40,468 nucleotides of DNA from Chiloscyllium plagiosum (GCF_004010195.1 NW_025215165.1:12938-53405), one strand, 5' to 3'; positions 12,766 through 24,673 are shown, numbered from the stretch's first letter. Notes: generated by a model from the sequence alone, not told the origin. Numbers and translations are program-made.

Positions 12766-12939
12766 GGTTTCACAGAATCAGAGAATCATACAGTGTAGAA
12801 GAGGTCCCTCATCCGATCATGTCTGTCCCACCAAGGCAAAACTAAATCTACTCTCCATTCACTTTCCAGAACTGGGCCCAAGGTATTGAATGTTCAGATA
12901 TTTCAGGTGCTCAACCAGGTATTTTTTAAAAGGTATATT

Positions 12940-13375
12940 TTATGGGGATCTGCTCTGCTCTTCTAATAGAGTCATGGCATCTTCTACTGGCCGCTGAGAG
13001 AGCAGACATCAGAACATCCCATCTGAAAGATGGTCCCTGAGAACTGAACCCCTGACAGTGTTGCACTCCCTCAGTATTGACACACCAGCAGTGCAGCACT
13101 CCTTCATCATTAATTATCTGACAGTGTGGCACTCCCACAGTATTAACTTTCTGATATTGCGGCATTCCCTCAGTACAAACCCTCTGACAGTGTGGTATTG
13201 TCTCAGTACTCACCCTCTGACAGTGCAGCACTCCCTCAGTACTGACCCACCATTAGGGCAACACTCACTCAGTACTGAACCACCAATAGTGTGGCACTCC
13301 CTCAGGACTGTCCCTGTGACAGTGTGGCAATCCCTCATTACTGACCCTCTGACAGTGTTGCACTGCACTCTCAGC
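12940..13375 (-). repeat. DeuSINE-like remnant with an expanded 33-bp minisatellite (about 10 units)
   Basis: Unit cctctgacagtgtggcactccctcagtactgac repeats over 13041-13375; 12940-13040 resembles the SacSINE1/AmnSINE body (tctttcagatgggatgtt...tctgc...gaagagcag). Confidence 0.75.
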
Positions 13376-13409
13376 CTGGATAATTTGCTTCAGTGATAGA
13401 ATCATGTAA

Positions 13410-13555
13410 TTATGGAAAATGTACAATGTCGAAGCAGGCCATTCACTCCAATGAGTTCACACCAATCGTCCGAAGAGCATCCCACCCAGATCCAAACCAC
13501 TGCACTATCCCTGCAACCCTGTGTTTCCCAATAGCTCATCCACCCAGTCTGCTAC
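13410..13555 (-). mobile_element. Diverged 3' part of an HE1-like SINE
   Basis: Reverse complement matches the HE1 tail (ggttgcagggatag...tctgggtgggatgctcttcgga...gaatggcctgcttc); paralog at ~38630-38775. Confidence 0.65.
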
Positions 13556-14547
13556 ATTGCGAGTGTGAGCGGAGAGTGCTCCCCACTGAGACCAGGCTGA
13601 AACCTCCCGGTCCAATAGCCTGCCTTGCTTCCCCATCACGGCCCACACTTGGAGGAATGAGACCACCTGGGGAGGCTAGAGATGTTTCCCAGCCAGAGAT
13701 AGTGCCTTAAGGAGAGAGATGGTGAACAGATGATAGGGGCAGAGGGCAGTGGAATCAGTTGTCTTGAGGTGGGGTGTAGGACAAATTGAAGCAGGCATTG
13801 GCAGGTGCTGACCCCTTTCACCAGAAGAGTTTGTGAGTCGATGGGTGAAAGTGGGAGGGGCAGTAGAGTAACACTTTGTTGTTGCTGAAACCCTTGCTGT
13901 CTGCTCAGTCACGTCTGAGAGACACACAGAGATATCAGACACACAGGATAAAGCTTTCTGTGGATGTTCTCCTGGGGCAGGCCTCATCAATCACAGAGTT
14001 ATGGTCAGTAACAGTGTAAGCTGTGCGGCCCCGAAAGCCTGAGTCTGCAACTCAGCTCGGAAGGACCTCAGCTCATTCGTCAAAACTGGTTCTGCCCTCT
14101 GCAGCCTAGCCGGGCTGCCTGTGCCTTTCCATCACTCCCAGGTTTTTCCTTGTGCCACAGCTCATTCTCCTGAGGGACAGCTGTACTCAGGCCCAGCACA
14201 TGATCTTGTCCCCCTGTCAGACCCTCTTCGAGAAACTCATGGCTCACCACCGCCCTTTCCAGGATAGTTAGAGAAGGGCAATAAATAGCAGACATATCAA
14301 TGTCCTCCCCATTCCAGGAGTAATCAAAATAACTGATGAACAATCCAAACAATCAAACTGGTGGAAGGTGGTTAAGTCATTCCAGTGATTAAACTTCACC
14401 TGGTAATTCCTGTATTAAGTTCAAGGTGAAGCTATCCTGGTCTCTGCTGAATTTAGACCAATTTTCATTGTTAACTTAATACATTTCCATGTTCATTCTT
14501 TCTCTCCAAACTGATCCTAATTTGAATGTTGCAAAAAACAAAACATT

Positions 14548-14756
14548 TTGTTGAAGCTTTTTGTCTTGCATGCATCAGGACAATTTACAAGAAATGCCAC
14601 AGCAAAGGAAAACAATATTTAAACTGGCGTGTTCATAGTGACAACACCTCAGCCTGTCAGCACTTCCCTCATATGCAATATAAATGTCATGTTTTTCTCC
14701 TTTGATTGGTACTTTTACAATTGTCCTGATGAGGGCAAAATGAAAAGCTTCTAAAA
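14548..14756. mobile_element. ~210-bp element bounded by two outward-facing degenerate minimal hammerhead motifs
   Basis: Plus strand 14721-14756 TTGTC-CTGATGA-gggcaaaat-GAAA-AGCT-TC; minus strand 14548-14584 TTGTC-CTGATGc-atgcaagac-AAAA-AGCT-TC-AACAA. Paralogs at 37955-38165 and 10128-10163. Confidence 0.6.
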
Positions 14757-15485
14757 ACCGGGCATTTTTCAGGTCAGTTCAATATTCTCAAATGACTATT
14801 TGGTCCTAATTTGCTCTTTTGCTTCAGACCTGTTCAAATTCCAAGAAGTAATTCTGTCCCATTTTGAATGGAGGACTCAGTTTGCCAGCACTTACTAAAT
14901 TCCAATTTCTATATCAAAATATTTTTCCTGATCTCCTTCCTGTTCCTGGTGTATGACCAGAGAATGTGTCATTTTGCCTTTCTGTTTGTCGGTATTGATA
15001 GTAAATCTACATTTACTGTGTCGATTTTATTAAAAGTTTTGTTATCAGAATACCCTCCCTCCCTCCTCGAGATCCTGTTCTGGCATTTGCTTGTAACCAA
15101 GATCCTCTATCCCTGTCCCATTCTGCATTGCCCCTGCATTGCATTGGAAGCACATAACTGTCCACCATATTCCAGATGTGACCTAACCATTCTTCAGTAC
15201 AGCTGTCCTGGCCACTCTCCCCTCCATCTCCTCACCCTCAATATTCATTCCAAAATCCCATTAGCCTTTCCCATTTCCTTTTTTCCGATTTTCTTTCCCA
15301 ATTTTAAGCATTTATGTTGCTCAACATCCTTTATTGCCCACTGCAGTACATTGTTTACAATATTGCCCTGCTCTATCCCAACAGCTTTAGTGCATTTATG
15401 GTGCATTCAGTGACATCTGACACTTGTCTGTCTTACCCTCTTACACCAACTAATGGCTTTCTCTTGAGTTCTTCCTGACAAATTG

Positions 15486-15771
15486 ATTAGATTAGTAACA
15501 GCGTGGAAACAGGCCTTTCGAGCCAACAAGTCCACAACGACCTGCCGAAGCATAACCCACCCAGACCCATTCCCCTACATTTACCTCTACACCTAACACT
15601 ACGGGTAATTTAGCATGGCCAAATCATGCTAACCGGAGCACCCGAAGGAAACCCACATAGACACGGGGAGAATGTGTAAACTCCACACAGAGAGTCGCCT
15701 GAGGTGGGAATTGAACCCAGGTCTCTGGCGCAGTGAGGCATCAGTGCTAACCACTGTGCCACCGTGCCGCC
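15486..15771 (-). mobile_element. HE1-type tRNA-derived SINE (near full length, internal deletion)
   Basis: Minus strand GGCGGCACGGTGGCACAGTGGTTAGCAC (box A)...GGGTTCAATTCCC (box B)...ctaatctaatc tail; absent from the paralog near 37150. Confidence 0.92.
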
Positions 15772-16074
15772 TGTAAAATTGCAGTTTGGTGACACACTTT
15801 GGTGGCCGTTTGTTCGGTCTTTGAGTGTAATTCATTTTGTACGTGATCTGTAGGGCACTCCACCTTGCAATTTGAAAATGCAGGTTCACCCATGTCATGG
15901 CCGAGGCTCCAGTGTTTCAAAGAGATGGATTTAAGCCTCACCAGTTTAATCATTTGAATTGTATGTCATTTATTTTGATTTCTCCTGGGATGGGGCAAGC
16001 TTTGATTTGTCTGCAATTTGTTGTCCTTCCCTAATTGTCCTGGACAGGGTGGTGGTGAGCAATGTCATATCTAA

Positions 16075-17840
16075 AACATAGAACATAGACCATGACAGCG
16101 CAGTACAGGCCCTTCAGCCCTCAATGTTGCACCGACCTATGGAACCATTCTGAAGCCCATCTATCCTACACTATTCCGTTTTCACCCATATGTTTATCCT
16201 GTGACCATTTAAATGCCCTTAGTCTTGGCGAGTCTGCTACTGTTACAGACTGTGCATTCCATGCCCCTACTAGTCTCTGAGTAAAGAAACTACTTCTGAC
16301 ATCTCTCCTATATCTATAACCCCTCAACTTAAACCTATGTCCCCTCAGCATCTGAGGAAAAAGGTTCTCACTGTCCACCCTATCTACCTTGTGATTATCT
16401 TAGTATGTCTCAATTAAGACAACTCTCATCCTTCTTCTCTCGAATGAAAAAAGCCACAAGTCCCTCATCCTTTCCTCAGAAGACCTTCCCTCCATGCCAG
16501 GCAACTTCCTAGTATATTTCCTTTGAACCCTTAAGTTTCCACATCCTTTTTTAAATGTGGTGACCACAACTGTATGCAATACTCCAATTGTGGCCAAACC
16601 AGAGTTTTGTACAGCTGCAGTATGACCTCATGACTCCTAAACCCAATCTCTCTATCAATAAAAATTGACCCACCGTAAGCCTTCTTAACCACCCTATCAA
16701 ACTGGGTTGAAAATGTGTTGCTGGAAAAGTGCAGCAGGTCAGGCAGCATCCAAGGAGCAGGAGAATTGACGTTTCGGGCATGAGCCCTTCTTCATTCCTG
16801 AAGAAGGCTCATGCCCAAAACGTCAATTCTCCTGCTCCTTGGATGCTGCCTGACCTGCTGCACTTTCCAGCAACACATTTTCAGCTCTGATCTCCAGCAT
16901 CTGCAGTCCTCACTTTCTCCTATCAAACTTTCAAGGATCTGTGGACATGAATACCGAGATCTCTCTGCTCATCTACACTACTAAGAATCTTACCATTAGC
17001 TTAGTGCTCTTTATTCCTGTTGCTCCTTACAAAGTGAATCACCTCACACTTTTCTGCATTAAACTTTGCATTTGCTACCTCTCAATCCAGGTCTGCAGCT
17101 TATCCATGTCCCTGTGTAACCTGTAATATCCTTCAGCACTATCCACAACTCCACAAACCTCAGTGCCATCCGCAAATTTACTAACCCATCTTTCGATGCC
17201 CTCATTCAGGTCATTTATAAAAATGGCAAACAGCAGTGACCCCAAAAGAGATGCTTGCAGTACACCGCTATTAACTGAACTCCAGGATGAACATTATCTA
17301 TCAAAAACCATGCTCTGTCTTCTTTCAGCTAGCCAACTTCTGATCCAAACCGCTAAATTACCCTTAATCAAAAGCCTTGGTATTTTGTGCAGAACCTTAT
17401 CAAATGCCTTACTGATGTGCATATGCACCACATCAACCGCTTTATCCTCATGCACCTGTTTGGTCACCTTCTCAATGAACTCAATAGGGTTTGTGAGGCC
17501 GGAGCTACCGTGTTGACTATCCCTAATCAACCTATTCCTTTCTAGATGATTATAAATCCTATCTCTTCTAACCTTTTGCAATAATTTACCCACAACTGAA
17601 TTAAGGCTCAACTGGTCTATAATTACTAGGGTTGGCTCAACTCCCCTTCATGAGCAAGGGGACTACATTTGCTATCTTCCAGTATTCTGGCACTGTTCCT
17701 CTCAACAATGATGCCATCAGGATCAAAACCAAAGCCTCGGAAATCTCCTCCCTGGCTTCCCAGAGAATCCTTGGATAAATCCCATCCAAGGAGGGAACTT
17801 ACATATTTTCACACTTTCCAGAATTGCTAACTCGTCCTAC
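16075..17840 (-). mobile_element. 5'-truncated CR1 LINE (RT to 3' tail), decayed
   Basis: VDVVHMHISKAFDKVLH, LYKTLVWPQLEYCIQLWSPH, LRGHRFKL...FFTQRLVGAWN; (ctatgtt)n tail at ~16075-16090. Confidence 0.93.
16710..16920. mobile_element. Palindromic Penelope-derived insertion inside CR1
   Basis: 16711-16794 and 16799-16881 are near-perfect inverted arms around ttcc; each arm contains tgaagaaggg/gctcatgccc-gaaacgtc; cctatcaaact occurs on both flanks. Confidence 0.85.
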
Positions 17841-17842
17841 TT

Positions 17843-19100
17843 AAGAGGGAAATCAGGATGGCAAAAAGGGAACATGAGATAGCTTTGCTTAATTGGGCTA
17901 AGGAGAATCCAAAGGGAGTTTATAAATGCATTAAGGACAAAAGAGTAATAATTAACAGAATAGAGCCTCTCAAAGATCAGCAAGGCATCCTATGTGTGGA
18001 ACTGCAGGAGATTGGGCAGATACTAAAAAAATACTTTGCGTCAATGTTTACTGTGGAGAAATACACAGCAGATAGAGAATTTGGAGAAATAGATGGTGAC
18101 ATCTTGAAAAATGTCCATAATACAGAGGAGGAAGTGCAGTATGTCTTAAAATGCATAAAAGTGGACATCAGGTGCACGACAGAACTCTGTGGGAAGCTAA
18201 GGAAGTGATTGCTGGGCCACTTGCTGAAATATTTATATCATCGATGGTCACAGGTGAGGTGCTGGAAGACCGGAGTTTAGCTAACGTGATAAGGAAAAGC
18301 CAGGAACCGGTGAGCCTGACATAGTTGGTGGGCAAATTGTTGGAGAGAATCTTGAGGGGCAGGATTTACATGTATTTGGAAATACAAGGACTGATTCAGG
18401 ATAGTCAACATGGCTTTGTACCTGGGAAATCATGACTCACTAACCTGATTGAGATTTTGAAGAAATAATAGACAATAGACAATAGACAATAGACGCAGGA
18501 GTAGGCCATTCAGCCCTTCGAGCCTGCACCGCCATTCAATATAATCATGGCTGATCATTCCTAATCAGTATCCTGTTCCTGCCTTATCTCCATAAGCCTT
18601 GATTCCACTATCTTTGAGAGCTCTATCCAACTCTTTCTTAATTGAATAACAAAGACAATTGATGTTATCAGAGCAGTGGACGTGATCTGTATGGATTTCA
18701 GTGAGGCATTCAACAAGTTTCCTTGTGGTGGATTGGTTTGCAAGGTTAGATCACATGGAATACAGGGAGAACTAGCTACTTGGATATAGAAATGGCTTGC
18801 AGGTAGAAGACAGAGAGTGATGGTGGAGGGTTGCATTTCAGACTGGAGGCCTGTGATCAATGGTGTGCCACAAGGATCAGTGTTAGGTCCACTGTTTTTT
18901 GTCATTGACATAAGGATTTGGATGTGAACATAGGAGGTATAGTTAGTAAGTTTGCAGATGACACCAAATTGGAGATGTAGTGGCAGTGAAGAAGTTTACC
19001 GCAGAGCACAATGGGCCGATGAGTGGCAGATGAAGTTTAATTTAGATAAATGTGAGATGGTGCATTTTGGAAAGTCAAATCAGGAGAGGATTTAGATGCT
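17843..19100 (+). mobile_element. CR1 LINE ORF2 fragment, decayed
   Basis: AKREHEIAL...KENPKGVYKCIKDKR..., followed by frameshifted RT motifs ([23 protein letters not shown]). Confidence 0.92.
18470..18645 (-). mobile_element. Short CR1 3'-end insertion with (atagaca)n tail nested in CR1
   Basis: atagacaatagacaatagacaatagac followed by the reverse complement of a CR1 3' UTR; the host CR1 sequence resumes near 18646. Confidence 0.8.
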
Positions 19101-19217
19101 TAATCATGGAATTCCTACAGTATGGCCCAACAAGTCCACACTGACCCTCTGAAGAGTAACCCATCCAAACAGAGCCCAAATGACTGCGTGGGCCCCCTGT
19201 TCTTATGCAAGCAGACA

Positions 19218-22200
19218 TTACACAGTGGTTTTTCCCCACCGCTCCTTGGCAGCAGCTACCCCAAGCTTCAGCGCATCCCTCAACACGTAGTGCTGGACCT
19301 TGGAATGTGCCAGTCTACAACACAGTCGGGGTCAACTCCTTCAGCTGGAAGATCAGCAGGTTTCGGACCACCCAGAGAGCGTCCTTCACCGAGTTGATGA
19401 TCCTCCAGGCACAGTTGATGTTCGTCTCAGTGTGTGTCTCAGGGAACAGACCGTAGAGCACGGAATTCCGCGTCACGGCGCTGCTCGGGACGAACCTCAA
19501 CAAACACCACTGCATTCCTCTCCAGACTTCTTCTGCATAGGCACATTCCAGAAGGAGGTGTGTGACAGTCTCGTCCCCCTCCCCCACAGCTGCTTCGAGA
19601 GCAGCGTGCGGTGCGGAGAGAGTCCGGGCATGCATAAAGGATCTCACAGGCAGAGCCCTTCTCACCACCAGCCAAGCCATGTCTTGGTGCTTGTTGGAAA
19701 GTTCTGGCGATGAGGCATTCTGCCAAATGGCTTTGACAGTCTGCCCAGGGAACCGCCCGACAGGATCCGCCCTCTCCTTTTCCCGAAGGGTCTCAAGGAC
19801 ACTACGTGCTGACCACTTCCTAATCGACTTGTGGTCAAAGGTGTTTTTCTTCACAAACTTCTCCACGAAGGACAGGTGATACAGAACGGTCCAACTACTC
19901 GGAGCGTTCCGCGGCAGCGAGGCCAGGCCCATCCTTCGCAACACCAGGGACAGGTAGAACCTCAGTANNNNNNNNNNNNNNNNNNNNNNNNNNNNNNNNN
20001 NNNNNNNNNNNNNNNNNNNNNNNNNNNNNNNNNNNNNNNNNNNNNNNNNNNNNNNNNNNNNNNNNNNNNNNNNNNNNNNNNCAGGCGACTGACTGTGTGG
20101 AGTTTGCACGTTCTCCCCGTGTCTGAGTGGGTTTCCTCCGGGTGCTCCGGTTTCCTCCCACAGTCCAAAGATGTGCAGGTCAGGTGAATTGGCCATGCTA
20201 AATTGCCCGTAGTGTTAGGTAATAAGGGGTAAATGTAGGGGTATGGGTGGGTTGCGCTTCGGCGGGTCGGTGTGGACTTGTTGGGCCGAAGGGCCTGTTT
20301 CCACACTGTAAGTAATCTAAAAAAAAAACCTCAGTACGTAGTGACACTTGGTGTTTGCGTACCGGGGATCCACGCACAGCTTGATGCAGCCACACACAAA
20401 GGTGGCCATCAGGGTGAAGGCGGCATTGGACGTGTTTTTTTCCCCCATTGCCCAGGTCTTTGAATATTGTGTCTCTACGGACCCGTTCCATCTTTGATCA
20501 CAACATGAAGTGGAAGATGGCCCAGGGAACTGCAGCGGAACAGGTTCTGGGGATAGGACAGACCGTGCCACATATAACAATACTGAGAGTACCTCACATC
20601 CGATGACCAGGTTTTTCCCAGCGATGCAGAGCAACCGTTGCTTCCATCTGCCCAGTTTCTGCCTCATCTTCGTGATCCGCTCCTCCCAGGTCTTGGCGCA
20701 TGGTACCCAGCTCCACCGAACCAAATACCCAGCACCTTCAGGTGGTCGGTCCTGACGGTGGAGGGGATCGAGGATTGGTCGGCCCAGTTCCCGAAGAGCA
20801 TGGCCTCGCTCTTGCCTCGGTTTACCTTGGCCCCCGAGGCCCGTTCGAACGGGTCACAGATGCGCATGAGTCTGCGCACGGAGAGCGGATCTGAGCAGAA
20901 AACGGCGACATCATCCATGTACAGGGAGGCCTTAACCTGCAGGCCCCCGCTGCCAGGAATAGTCACCCCTCTCAGGCTCGCATCCTTCCTGATGGACTCG
21001 GCAAATGGCTCTATGCAGCACACAAACAAGGCAGGAGAGAGAGGGTAGCCTTGCCTGACTCCAGATCTTACAGGGGAGCTATCTGATTCCCACCCATTGA
21101 TTGAGACTGCACTGACAATGTTGGTGTAGAGCATTCTGTTCCAATTACCGATTCCCGCCCCAAAACTCATTTTGGAGAGGACATCCCTCATATATGTATG
21201 CAATATCCTGTCAAAGGCTTTCTAATGGTCCAGGCTGATCAGGCAGGTGTCCAACCCTCTGTCCTGCACGTAGGCAATCGTATCCCTGAGGAGTGCGAGA
21301 CTCTCAGCGATCCTCCTGCTCAGTACAGCACAGGTTTGATCAGGGTGGATCACCGATCCCAGCGCAGTCCTGACCCGGTTGGCGATGACCTTTGACAAGA
21401 TTTTGTAGTCTGTTTTTAATAGCAAGATTGGTCTCCAATTTCTAATTTCCTCCCTCTCCCCCTTCTGCTTGTAGATGAGGGTGATGATGCCTTTCCTCAT
21501 GGATTCACTCATGGTACCTGCCCGAAGCATACTGTCATACACCTCCAGCAGGTCCTGGCCAATCAAGTCCCACAGAGCGGAATAGAGCTCGACCGGTAAG
21601 CCGTCGCTTCCAGGAATTTTATTCTTTTCGAAGGACTTGAGGGCCTTGGTCAGCTCGACCAGAGATAGCGGCTGGTCCAGCCTCTCTCGTGTTCTGTCAT
21701 CTAAGACCTCCGTGATAGAGGACAGGAACGACTGGGAGGCAGTGCTGTCGGTCGGCTTCGAGTCATACAGACTCGCATAGAAGGATTTACTGATCCTCAT
21801 GACGTCAGCCTGAGATGACGTTACTGAGCCATCTTCTTCCTTCAGGCTGCTGAGCACGGAGCTCTCTTTGTGCACCTTTGGAAGAAGAAACGTGAGCACG
21901 TCTCGTCCTGCTCCACGGAGTGGACTCTGGACTGGAAGATTATCTTGGAGGCCTCCGAAGCAAAGAGCGAGGCTTGCTGGCCCTTCACCTCCTTGAGGTC
22001 CTCCGTGACATCGACCCCCATCGTCTGCAGATGGAACAGGTTCTGCATACTTTCCTGGAGCTGGGACAGTTTTCCCCGCTTCTCTCTCACCTCCTGAACA
22101 CCTTTGAGGATGAAGAACCTCTTGATGTTGCCTTTTACTGTTTCCCACCAGTCCGCTGGGGACTCAAAGAGGGGCTTCACGGTTCTCCAACCTGCATAGT

Positions 22201-22996
22201 CACTCTTCAGCTCCTCGATGTTTCCTGGGGTCAACAGCTTTGTGTTCAGTTTCCACGTTCCCTTACCAGCCCGCTGCTCATCCTGTAGGTGACAGTCGGC
22301 CAGTAGGAGCCAGTGGTCAGAGAAGAACACCGGCTTGACGTCGGTGGATCTGACCGAGAGCGTTCGGGACACAAACAGGTAATCTATCCTTGAGCGGATA
22401 GACCCGTCTGCCCATGACCAGGTATATCTACGCTGCGCTCCGTCTGCAGGGGTGCTGAAGACGTCGTGCAGCTTGGCGTCTTTTACCGTGTCCATCGGGG
22501 CTCTGGACGTGGTGTCCAGTTTACTGTCCTCCCCGCCGGATCGTCCATCTGCATCAATGATACAGTTGAAGTCTCCGGCCAGAATGACCAGCCTGGACGT
22601 AGCCAGCAACAGTGGAAGCTGCTGCAGGACGGCCAACCGTTCACTCTTACCCACTGGGGCGTACACATTAATCAGTCTCAGGGGAGCATTCCTGTACATG
22701 ACGTCGGCGACGAGGAGGCGCCCGCCCACCACCTCCTTAACCTCGGAGATGGTGAAGTTGCCTCCTCGCAACGGGATACCGAGGCCTGAGGAGCGGATAT
22801 TGTTGCCCCCCGACCAAACTGACGGCCCATGGGCCCACAAGCTCAACCATCTCCTGTAGCTGCTGAGGTGCGGTATCCCACACTCCTGCAGAAACAGGAT
22901 GTCGGCTTTAACGTTGGCCAGGAAGGCCAACGTAGAAACACATCGCGCAGCAGATTTTATGCTGCGCACATTAATGTTTGCAATTCTTATCCCCAT
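19218..22996 (-). pseudogene. Tx1 ORF2 (APE endonuclease-reverse transcriptase), frameshifted and interrupted by a SINE
   Basis: MGIRIANINVRSIK, LQECG, NVYAP, GDFN, RIDY, SDH; PGSDGL, NWRPI, GVRQG.PLSP.LF, LYMDDV; C-terminal ETVTHLLLEC; stop at 19218-19220. Confidence 0.92.
19968..20326 (+). mobile_element. HE1-type SINE inserted in Tx1 ORF2 with a 10-bp target-site duplication
   Basis: Visible body at 20082-20326 (5' part in the gap), ending taatctA(10); aacctcagta at 19958-19967 and 20327-20336. Confidence 0.92.
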
Positions 22997-22998
22997 TT

Positions 22999-24500
22999 TT
23001 AACAGTTTGTGAGGTTACCCGTGTCCATTTGCCGCTGGTCCTGCCCATCTGCGGTAGCTGTCTGCATCCCCATGGTGAACACGAACTGCTGGACCCTCGC
23101 AGGGCTGAGGTCGCTGTCCAGCTCCTCACTGGGGCCCATTTGCCTCCTCCGGTTTCATCGGGCTGGGACCAGGGTCCACGCAGTCCGTTTCTATATCTGA
23201 CAGTGGGGCTGTCAGAGGATCGCTGTTCCCAGTAACCTGGAGCTGTGTGGCGGTGGGGCCCTCCTGGCTTTTACCCGGTGGGGGGGTGGGGTGGTCATTT
23301 CCCATTGCCTCAAGAGGTTCGTCCTTTCTTGCTTGGCAGGTGCTGCCCTCCTTTCTCCCCGCAGTGCTCTCTCTCTTCTTTTGGTGACGACCCTCCTTGC
23401 GCCCATCCTCACCCTCCGAAGAGCTGTCTGTGTCTTCCCCATGCAGCTGCCGTTTCCCCCTTTTCTGGTTGGTTTTGGCGGAGTGGCAGGTTTTCTTCCT
23501 CCTGTTTTGTACAGGAATCCATTTCTCTGCCTCCTTCATTCCCTCCTCCTCCTCCTCCTCCCTCTGTACTGAAGGAGCTTCGATCGGCAGCTGTATCTCT
23601 CCGGTGACTCTCACCTGCTCCGCTCCTTCCTGTCCTTCCTTTTGCGTGCCCCCAGACACTGTTCCCTTGCCGGTTTGCGGTGCCTTGCCATCCTTTTGCG
23701 GTCGACCACCGGCCATCTGCACGTCGGTAGCGGCCTCTCGTCTTGGGCACGCCTTGTACATGTGGCCCACATCCCCGCACAGATTACAGTTCTTGGCCTC
23801 CTTGCATTCTTTGGTCGGGTGACCTTCCTTCTTGCAGTTTCGACAGATCGTGACCTTGCAGTCCACTGCCATGTAGCCTGACCTCCCACAGGTTTGGCAC
23901 ACTTTCGGCTGCCCTGCATACGTCAGGTACCCTCTGCTCCCTCTGATAGCAAAGCTGGAGGGTGGGTGGAGGATGGCATCAACCCACTGGCATCAACCCT
24001 CATGGTTACCCTGACCTGTCGTTTGCTGGTCCAGATCCCAAAAGGGTCAACCACGTTGGTGCTTTCTCCCTCAACCTGCACGTATCTTCTCAGGAACATC
24101 AGGACATCGGTTGCTGGAACATTTGGGTTGTTCATATGGATCGTAACAACCCAACTCCTCTGCGCAGGAAGTACACACAACGGGACCGCCGACAAGATGG
24201 AGAACAGCAGCTCCCCTTCCTTCTCCTTGAAGACCTTCAGGAGCTGCCCTCATTGCTTCACGCTTCTGAAGGTGACGTCAAAGTAGCCTGCCCCAGGGAA
24301 ATCCTGCAGCAGTACACATCCGCTGCAGCAAACCCACAGCACTCAAGCAACATTTCCTTAATGGACACCGTCCGATCGACTGGTGTATGGACCTCCACTT
24401 TCTTGACAGTCACCCTGACTGTGTTGCGAATGCCCTGGCCCGGGGCATGGGCAGCTGCTGAGGCCCTAGCTCTGAGGTTGGCTGGTCCCTGAATTGGCAT
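22999..24500 (-). pseudogene. Tx1 ORF1 (gag-like zinc-knuckle protein), frameshifted
   Basis: CQTCGRSGYMAVDC, CRNCKKEGHPTKEC, CNLCGDVGHMYKAC; N-terminal GIRNTVRV and DPFGIWTSKRQV; TAA lies 2 nt before the ORF2 ATG. Start codon uncertain. Confidence 0.85.
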
Positions 24501-24625
24501 TAGGCCAAAGTCAGCATGAAGATCCACCAAGGGCAGGTCAGCACAACCAAACGATCCTCCAACGTCTGATCACAATCTAGAGATGATCTCCACTTGCTCT
24601 GATGACTCGCAACTCGACCCCTGTC

Positions 24626-24668
24626 CTGATAAGAACAGACACTTGATCTTAGCCAAAAGGCCGAGAAG
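24626..24668 (-). ncRNA. U2 snRNA 5' fragment (nt ~5-52, 5-nt deletion) forming the head of Tx1 unit A
   Basis: CTTCTCGGCCTTTTGGCTAAGATCAAGTG-----TCTGTTCTTATCAG versus vertebrate U2 ...CUUCUCGGCCUUUUGGCUAAGAUCAAGUGUAGUAUCUGUUCUUAUCAG. Not a complete U2 gene. Confidence 0.93.
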
Positions 24669-24673
24669 TCAAC

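Larger units (their letters stand above)
11647..16628 (-). repeat. Segmental duplication copy Z, inverted relative to 36303-40468
   Basis: Reverse complement aligns colinearly with 36303-40468 (for example 11647-11700 with 40413-40468); the ORF track also shows near-identical peptides on opposite strands (MKFSADNDLCPASS..., MTAQYRPF...). Confidence 0.95.
19170..24673 (-). mobile_element. Tx1-clade non-LTR retrotransposon, unit A (near full length, U2-derived 5' head, 3' tail lost)
   Basis: ORF1 with three zinc knuckles, ORF2 with APE endonuclease and RT; 5' end GTTGA plus U2 fragment; similarity to unit B's 3' UTR stops at ~19170. Confidence 0.93.

Noticed and set aside
13041..13375. CRISPR-like array or V(D)J recombination signals (acagtg repeats)
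   Set aside because: Contiguous degenerate tandem units without unique spacers; no properly spaced nonamers or Ig/TCR segments; eukaryotic context.
15720..15771. tRNA gene
   Set aside because: The box A/B sequence is the SINE head and continues into the HE1 body; the same applies at 26418.
16075..19100. Single CR1 with 5' inversion (twin priming)
   Set aside because: Both halves cover the same RT region with different sequences, so they are separate insertions.
23003..24500. Host ZCCHC3-like gene
   Set aside because: The zinc-knuckle ORF is frameshifted and directly coupled to an APE-RT ORF, so it is retrotransposon ORF1.
24626..24668. Functional U2 snRNA gene
   Set aside because: Only ~43 nt, with the branch-recognition sequence deleted, no Sm site or 3' stem-loops, and another element's tail directly upstream.
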